The translations under genes and the position numbers were made by a program. From a virus (taxonomy: Duplodnaviria; Caudoviricetes), in IMG/VR virus record IMGVR_UViG_3300021425_004041, positions 1 to 64,000 of that record: a stretch of 64,000 nt of DNA; one strand, written 5' to 3'. The notes under the pieces were generated by a model, which was not told the origin of the DNA, made no database searches, and saw only the letters and a list, made by a program, of their open reading frames with translations. This document shows, piece by piece, positions 59,354 through 64,000 of this stretch (position 1 is its first letter; each line of letters begins with the position of its first letter).

Positions 59354-60824
59354 TATTGTGTTGTTAAGCACACCAGTAATGGAAACAAGAGTGCCTGCGC
59401 CTGCAATTTATTATCTAAAAGGCGCATTAAATCCGCATGGATTTAAATCTCGGTGTTTTGACTTAGTAAGAGATAGTGAAGAAAAATTTGGTGTAGAAGA
59501 CAATAAGAAAATAAACAGTTTTTTGTTAGCTAATTGGCATGCTGGAATGCTTGTTGATGAAGATGATAGAAGTATTTATAATAAAATTTTTCAATATTAT
59601 AGAGAATATGTAAAAGAAAAAATATTATGTTTAAATCCTAAATATATCGGTGTGAGCGTTTTCAGTCAAAATAGTCAAAAATCAAGTCACATATTATGTA
59701 AAGCTTTGAAAGAATTTTTACCGCATACTAAAATTATTTTAGGAGGAACTGGGTTAGGTATTTCTATGGGCGGAAAAAAAGAGTTTGGATCTAATTTAAT
59801 CGATCAAGGCTTAGCTGATTATTTTATTGACGGAGAAGGCGAAATTGCTTTAGTTGAACTGTTAAAAGGTAATTTAAACTATCCGGGAATAAATTCTACA
59901 GTCTATAAACAAATTGATAACATAAATGATTTGCCTTTTCCTGATTATAGTGATTACATGCAAGATTACGGTAATATTAATAAAATTACTTTGACAGGAT
60001 CTAGAGGGTGCGTAAGGCGTTGTAGTTTTTGTGATATAGGAGCATTTTGGAAAAAATTTAGATATAGATCTGGTGAAAATATTGCTGAAGAAATTATTAG
60101 AAATAAAGAATTGTATAAATCCCGAACGCACTTTTTTTCAGACAGTCTTATAAATGGAAGCATGAAAGCATTTAGAGATTTTTGTAATGTTATGGCAGAT
60201 TATCATAAAAAGTATCCAAGAGCCAAGGACCGAATTAGATGGGGAGGACAGTTCATAATAAGGAGTGAAATGCAGAGTCCTGCAGAAGATTATGAATTAA
60301 TGCGTAAAGCAGGTATGTCTTGGGCTAGCATAGGAATAGAGAGTGCAAGTGAAAAAGTTAGAGATCATATGGATAAACAATTTAGTAATAAAGATATGTA
60401 TTTTAGTATTGATAGATTAATAGAGAATGACATACCTGTTACTGCTATGTTTATAGTAGGCTATCCTACAGAGACTGAGGAAGAATTTAAAGAAAATATA
60501 AGATGGCTACAGTATTATGCAGATAGAAATAGCAGTAAAGTAAAACAGGAATGGAAAGGGCAAATTAAAGATATAAATTTAGGACAAACCTTAGGTGTCT
60601 TATCGGATAGTCCGTTAGGAAACATGGACATTTTTGAGGGAAAAGATACGTGGGTGTCAAAAGTTGTACCTGGTTTGGATTTTGAAGAACGGGTAAATAG
60701 ACGTAAATTGTTATCAAAAATTGCTAAAGACTTAGGCTACACAGTAAGGTGGGACGAAAAACAATTACATTTTTTAAATAAAAAATTAGAAAGATGGCAG
60801 AGTAAAGGACGTCCTATAACATGA
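59337..60824 (+). CDS. Cobalamin-binding radical SAM enzyme (class B-like)
   Basis: N-terminal B12-binding pattern (IGVSVFS, IILGG, GEGE), SRGCVRRCSFC, GIESAS, FIVGYPTET. Confidence 0.88.
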   Translation: MKKPIDIVLLSTPVMETRVPAPAIYYLKGALNPHGFKSRCFDLVRDSEEKFGVEDNKKINSFLLANWHAGMLVDEDDRSIYNKIFQYYREYVKEKILCLNPKYIGVSVFSQNSQKSSHILCKALKEFLPHTKIILGGTGLGISMGGKKEFGSNLIDQGLADYFIDGEGEIALVELLKGNLNYPGINSTVYKQIDNINDLPFPDYSDYMQDYGNINKITLTGSRGCVRRCSFCDIGAFWKKFRYRSGENIAEEIIRNKELYKSRTHFFSDSLINGSMKAFRDFCNVMADYHKKYPRAKDRIRWGGQFIIRSEMQSPAEDYELMRKAGMSWASIGIESASEKVRDHMDKQFSNKDMYFSIDRLIENDIPVTAMFIVGYPTETEEEFKENIRWLQYYADRNSSKVKQEWKGQIKDINLGQTLGVLSDSPLGNMDIFEGKDTWVSKVVPGLDFEERVNRRKLLSKIAKDLGYTVRWDEKQLHFLNKKLERWQSKGRPIT

Positions 60825-61984
60825 ATACTAAAACGTTTTGTATATTGCCGTGGATGCATCTTGCAACTAATGCTAGTGGGAATTTACGAGTATGCTGTAA
60901 TTCGCTTCCTGGAAAAAATTTTGTAACAAAAGATAACGGTCAACCTTATAAAATTTATAAAGATAACTTAATTGAAGCCTGGAATAGTGATGTTTACACT
61001 AAAATAAGGGAAGAAATGTTAAATGGTATAAGACCTGAAATGTGTACCCGTTGTTTTAGAGAAGAAGATACTGGAATAAAAAGTTCTAGGCAGGCCTGGA
61101 ATGAAAAATGGATGGAAAATAAAATTTACAGTAAGAATCCTGATTTTGAAATTAAATATGTAGATCTAAGATTAGGCAATTTATGTAATTTAAAATGTAG
61201 GATGTGTAATCCTTATGCAAGTAATCAATGGGTAAAGGAATGGAATTTAGTAGAAGAAGCTCTGTCGCCAAGTGAATATGATAGGTTAAGTAATATGAAT
61301 TGGCCTTCTGCAGAAAAAACTTGGATAAATTTATTTGCGATAGCAGAAACAGTTGATGAAATATATCTTACAGGAGGCGAACCTACTATTATTAAAGAAC
61401 AGCATAGATTATTAGATTATTTTATTGATAATAATATTTCTCATAAAATCAAATTAAAATATAATACAAATTTAACAAATATTCCTGCAAAGCTTATAGA
61501 AAAATGGAAAAAATTTAAAACAGTTCAATTAAATTGTAGTATTGATGCAGTAGGTGATTTAGATAGATACATACGTTTTCCTAGTAATTGGAATCAAATA
61601 CAAGAGAATTTTAATCAGGTTAGACTGTTAAAAAATGTAAATATAGAAATACATTGTACAGTGCAAATGTATAACATTTTGCGATTAGATGAATTTTTAG
61701 ATTGGGCAGGACCTTATAATAATAAAATTTATTTAAACATATTGAATCATCCTGAATATCTTAATATAAGGGTTTTACCTGTAGAGTTAAAATTTATTGT
61801 AGAAAAAAAATTAAAAAAGTATTTACATTTTCCTAAAGTTAAAGGGGTTATTGATTATATGTTAGCTGAAGACTGGGTTGACCAATACAAAAATTTTGTT
61901 GATTATACGTGTAAAATTGATAAATCAAGAGAGCAAAATTTTGCAAACTTTGTACCTGAATTTCATTTAGAGAAATATGTATAA
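60821..61984 (+). CDS. Radical SAM enzyme with N-terminal twitch/SPASM-like domain
   Basis: CILPW...VCC...CTRC, then CNLKCRMC, TGGEP, NTN, SID. Confidence 0.92.
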   Translation: MNTKTFCILPWMHLATNASGNLRVCCNSLPGKNFVTKDNGQPYKIYKDNLIEAWNSDVYTKIREEMLNGIRPEMCTRCFREEDTGIKSSRQAWNEKWMENKIYSKNPDFEIKYVDLRLGNLCNLKCRMCNPYASNQWVKEWNLVEEALSPSEYDRLSNMNWPSAEKTWINLFAIAETVDEIYLTGGEPTIIKEQHRLLDYFIDNNISHKIKLKYNTNLTNIPAKLIEKWKKFKTVQLNCSIDAVGDLDRYIRFPSNWNQIQENFNQVRLLKNVNIEIHCTVQMYNILRLDEFLDWAGPYNNKIYLNILNHPEYLNIRVLPVELKFIVEKKLKKYLHFPKVKGVIDYMLAEDWVDQYKNFVDYTCKIDKSREQNFANFVPEFHLEKYV

Positions 61985-63191
61985 TAAAAAAACATATTGT
62001 CCTATGCCTTTTGTGACAATGACTGTGAATCCAGGAAATTACATTTCACGATGTATGATGAGTGTAAAATCAATGGGAGAAATACAATCAAAAACTTTGC
62101 AAAATTTAGCGTTTGAAACGCTTAGATCTAATATGCTAAATGGAGTTTGGGATAAAGAAGGTTGTAAAGTTTGTTATAGTAGAGAAAATGCAAATTTAGA
62201 TAGTCAAAGGTTAAAATGGTTAAAAAATGAAAAAATATATTTAGATGAAGAAGGTATATATGAAAAAAATATTAATTTAAGCAGAAATAAAATTTATCAT
62301 TTATATTTAAATTTTAGTAATATTTGTAATTTTAAATGTAGAATGTGCGGACCGCATTTTAGTAATGCATGGTTAAGTGACCATAGGAAATTGTTAGAGA
62401 AAGGAATATATAAAGAAATTTATATTCCACCTAAAAGTCAAGTAGATATAGATAAATTTTTATTAGAATTTGGTAATGATTTACAAAATTTACGGCAAAT
62501 TTGGATCACAGGAGGAGAACCGTTTATTGATAATAAATTATTTGATTTCTTTGAAAAGCTAGAAAGTTATGCAGATTTAAAAAATATAAAGGTAAGTGTA
62601 AACACAAATGGTAGCAAGTTAGATGTTAATAAATTGAAAATTTTAAGGAATTTAAAACAAATTGTAATTAATTTTAGTGTAGACGCTGTAGGTGATTTGT
62701 ATAAGTACATGCGTGGTTATAATTATGATTTTAAAGAAATTGATAAAAAGATAAACAATTGTTTAAAATTACAGAATGAGCAAAATAATTTAAATATTGC
62801 TGTAAATGGAACTTATCAATTATATAATATTTTGAATGTAGAAGATTTTTGGCTATGGGGTAAAAAAGTTGCTAATTCTAAAAAAGGAAATTGGATAGAA
62901 TATAGAACACTTTCTGGTCCAAATTTTCTTGCTGCTCGTCATGCACCTTTAACAGTAAAAAATAAAGCAGTAAAAATTTTGCAAAAACTAATAGATGACG
63001 ATAAAGATTTTATTCATAATCATTATTTGCAACAGGCTATTTGTGAATGTAAATTAAATGCTGTACCAGAGTATATAAAAAAATTTGTTAATTTTAATAA
63101 CGAACTTGATAATATAAGGAATGAAAAGTTAAATGATTATTGCGAGTTTTTATTAAAAGGCTGGCGTGAAGAAGGTAATTTAGATGAATAG
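61977..63191 (+). CDS. Radical SAM enzyme with N-terminal twitch/SPASM-like domain
   Basis: CPMPF...RC...CKVC, then CNFKCRMC, TGGEP, TNGS, SVD. Confidence 0.92.
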   Translation: MYNKKTYCPMPFVTMTVNPGNYISRCMMSVKSMGEIQSKTLQNLAFETLRSNMLNGVWDKEGCKVCYSRENANLDSQRLKWLKNEKIYLDEEGIYEKNINLSRNKIYHLYLNFSNICNFKCRMCGPHFSNAWLSDHRKLLEKGIYKEIYIPPKSQVDIDKFLLEFGNDLQNLRQIWITGGEPFIDNKLFDFFEKLESYADLKNIKVSVNTNGSKLDVNKLKILRNLKQIVINFSVDAVGDLYKYMRGYNYDFKEIDKKINNCLKLQNEQNNLNIAVNGTYQLYNILNVEDFWLWGKKVANSKKGNWIEYRTLSGPNFLAARHAPLTVKNKAVKILQKLIDDDKDFIHNHYLQQAICECKLNAVPEYIKKFVNFNNELDNIRNEKLNDYCEFLLKGWREEGNLDE

Positions 63192-64000
63192 GTATTGCGA
63201 AGCAGGCAAAAATCATGTATGGATACGGTCTATGGGTGTAGGACCAATGGCTCAATTGTGTTGTAGTTTAGACAGGAGTGATATACATAGATATCCATTA
63301 GATAAGGTATCTGATTTTTTAACATTGTTAGATTCTGCAGAATGGAAAAAAAAGTATGATGTGCTTGAAAAAGAAAGATTAGACGAATGTAGTAATTGCT
63401 ATAAAGCTGATCAACAAAAAAAAGATAGTCAAAGAAGAAAAATAAATAGTTTTTGTAAAAATGGCAAGTTTTTTTTAAAAATTGATTTTAGTAATAAATG
63501 TAATTTAAAATGTTTAATGTGTAGCAGTGCTAGAAGCACATCTTGGATTAAAGATGAATACCAATTAAAAAAAGATTTAGATTGGTGGGATTGGGTGCCT
63601 ATAAAGTATTCTACATTAGGAGACGATTGGTGGCATAATTTACCAAACTTGTTTTGGAATAGTGTAAGCACAGTTGAAATTTCAGGAGGCGAACCATTAT
63701 ATCAAGAAGATGCAATTGCTTTTTTAGAGTTTTTTGCTCATTCTTATCCAAATATCACAATAAGAATAATAACAAATGCAACTTTGTTAAATGACAATGT
63801 TAAAAAAATTTTTACAAAAATAAAAACATTAGATGTTTTAACAAGTATAGATGCATGGGAAGATGAAATTTATAGATATAGTAGAGGCGGAGTACATTCG
63901 TTAGATAAAATAAAAGAAAATCTTAAAATAATTAATTCTATTGTTACAAGGCATGCTGTTGTAGATACCTTACATCCAGTAAACTACGATCAATCTCTTA
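63184..64000 (+). CDS. Radical SAM enzyme with N-terminal twitch/SPASM-like domain (truncated by window)
   Basis: Not in ORF track; read by hand: MNRYCEAG...QLCC...ECSNC...IDFSNKCNLKCLMC...SGGEPL...TNAT...SIDA, open to window end. Confidence 0.88.
   Translation, partial: MNRYCEAGKNHVWIRSMGVGPMAQLCCSLDRSDIHRYPLDKVSDFLTLLDSAEWKKKYDVLEKERLDECSNCYKADQQKKDSQRRKINSFCKNGKFFLKIDFSNKCNLKCLMCSSARSTSWIKDEYQLKKDLDWWDWVPIKYSTLGDDWWHNLPNLFWNSVSTVEISGGEPLYQEDAIAFLEFFAHSYPNITIRIITNATLLNDNVKKIFTKIKTLDVLTSIDAWEDEIYRYSRGGVHSLDKIKENLKIINSIVTRHAVVDTLHPVNYDQSL

Noticed and set aside
5630-63671. Numerous 60-130 aa antisense or out-of-frame ORFs inside large genes
   Set aside because: Fully nested in well-supported CDSs, no RBS or motifs; expected from codon bias.
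1-64000. Stop-codon reassignment (code 15/4) as in some jumbo phages
   Set aside because: Coding density is near complete in code 11, and TAA, TAG and TGA all end genes at sensible coupled junctions.
48269-64000. Assigning radical SAMs to MoaA, QueE, PqqE, NrdG or viperin
   Set aside because: Partner genes (moaC, queC/D, pqq, nrdD) are absent from the window and the domain order differs; only the generic CxxxCxxC core is shared.

Overview
AT-rich segment of a large T4-superfamily (jumbo-type) myophage genome, read in standard code 11. From left to right it holds: (i) a tape-measure gene (minus strand, runs off the window, absent from the ORF track), divergent from a gp26-like tail/hub assembly chaperone that has a likely -1 programmed frameshift; (ii) a late-promoter membrane protein and a ~390-nt, more GC-rich, highly structured intergenic element (candidate ncRNA); (iii) a minus-strand operon of gp55-like late sigma, gp47/Mre11, gp46/Rad50 and an Hjc-like resolvase under a near-consensus sigma70 promoter; (iv) a ~33-kb baseplate/fibre module (gp48/54-, gp53-, hub-, gp5-, gp25-, gp6-like, a 5452-aa giant protein, gp8-like, three paralogous fibre proteins); (v) a tightly coupled >21-kb enzyme cluster directly behind the fibre genes: glycosyltransferases, a GT-GT-methyltransferase fusion, SGNH hydrolase, nitroreductase, 2OG-Fe(II) hydroxylase and at least 11 radical SAM genes, 8 of them with the SPASM/twitch-type Fe-S domain at the N-terminus. 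The top leads are this radical-SAM/glycosyltransferase cluster (possible virion modification system), the structured RNA with twin GTAC-containing loops, and the frameshift. All product calls come from motif recognition and gene order; no database searches or folding programs were run.
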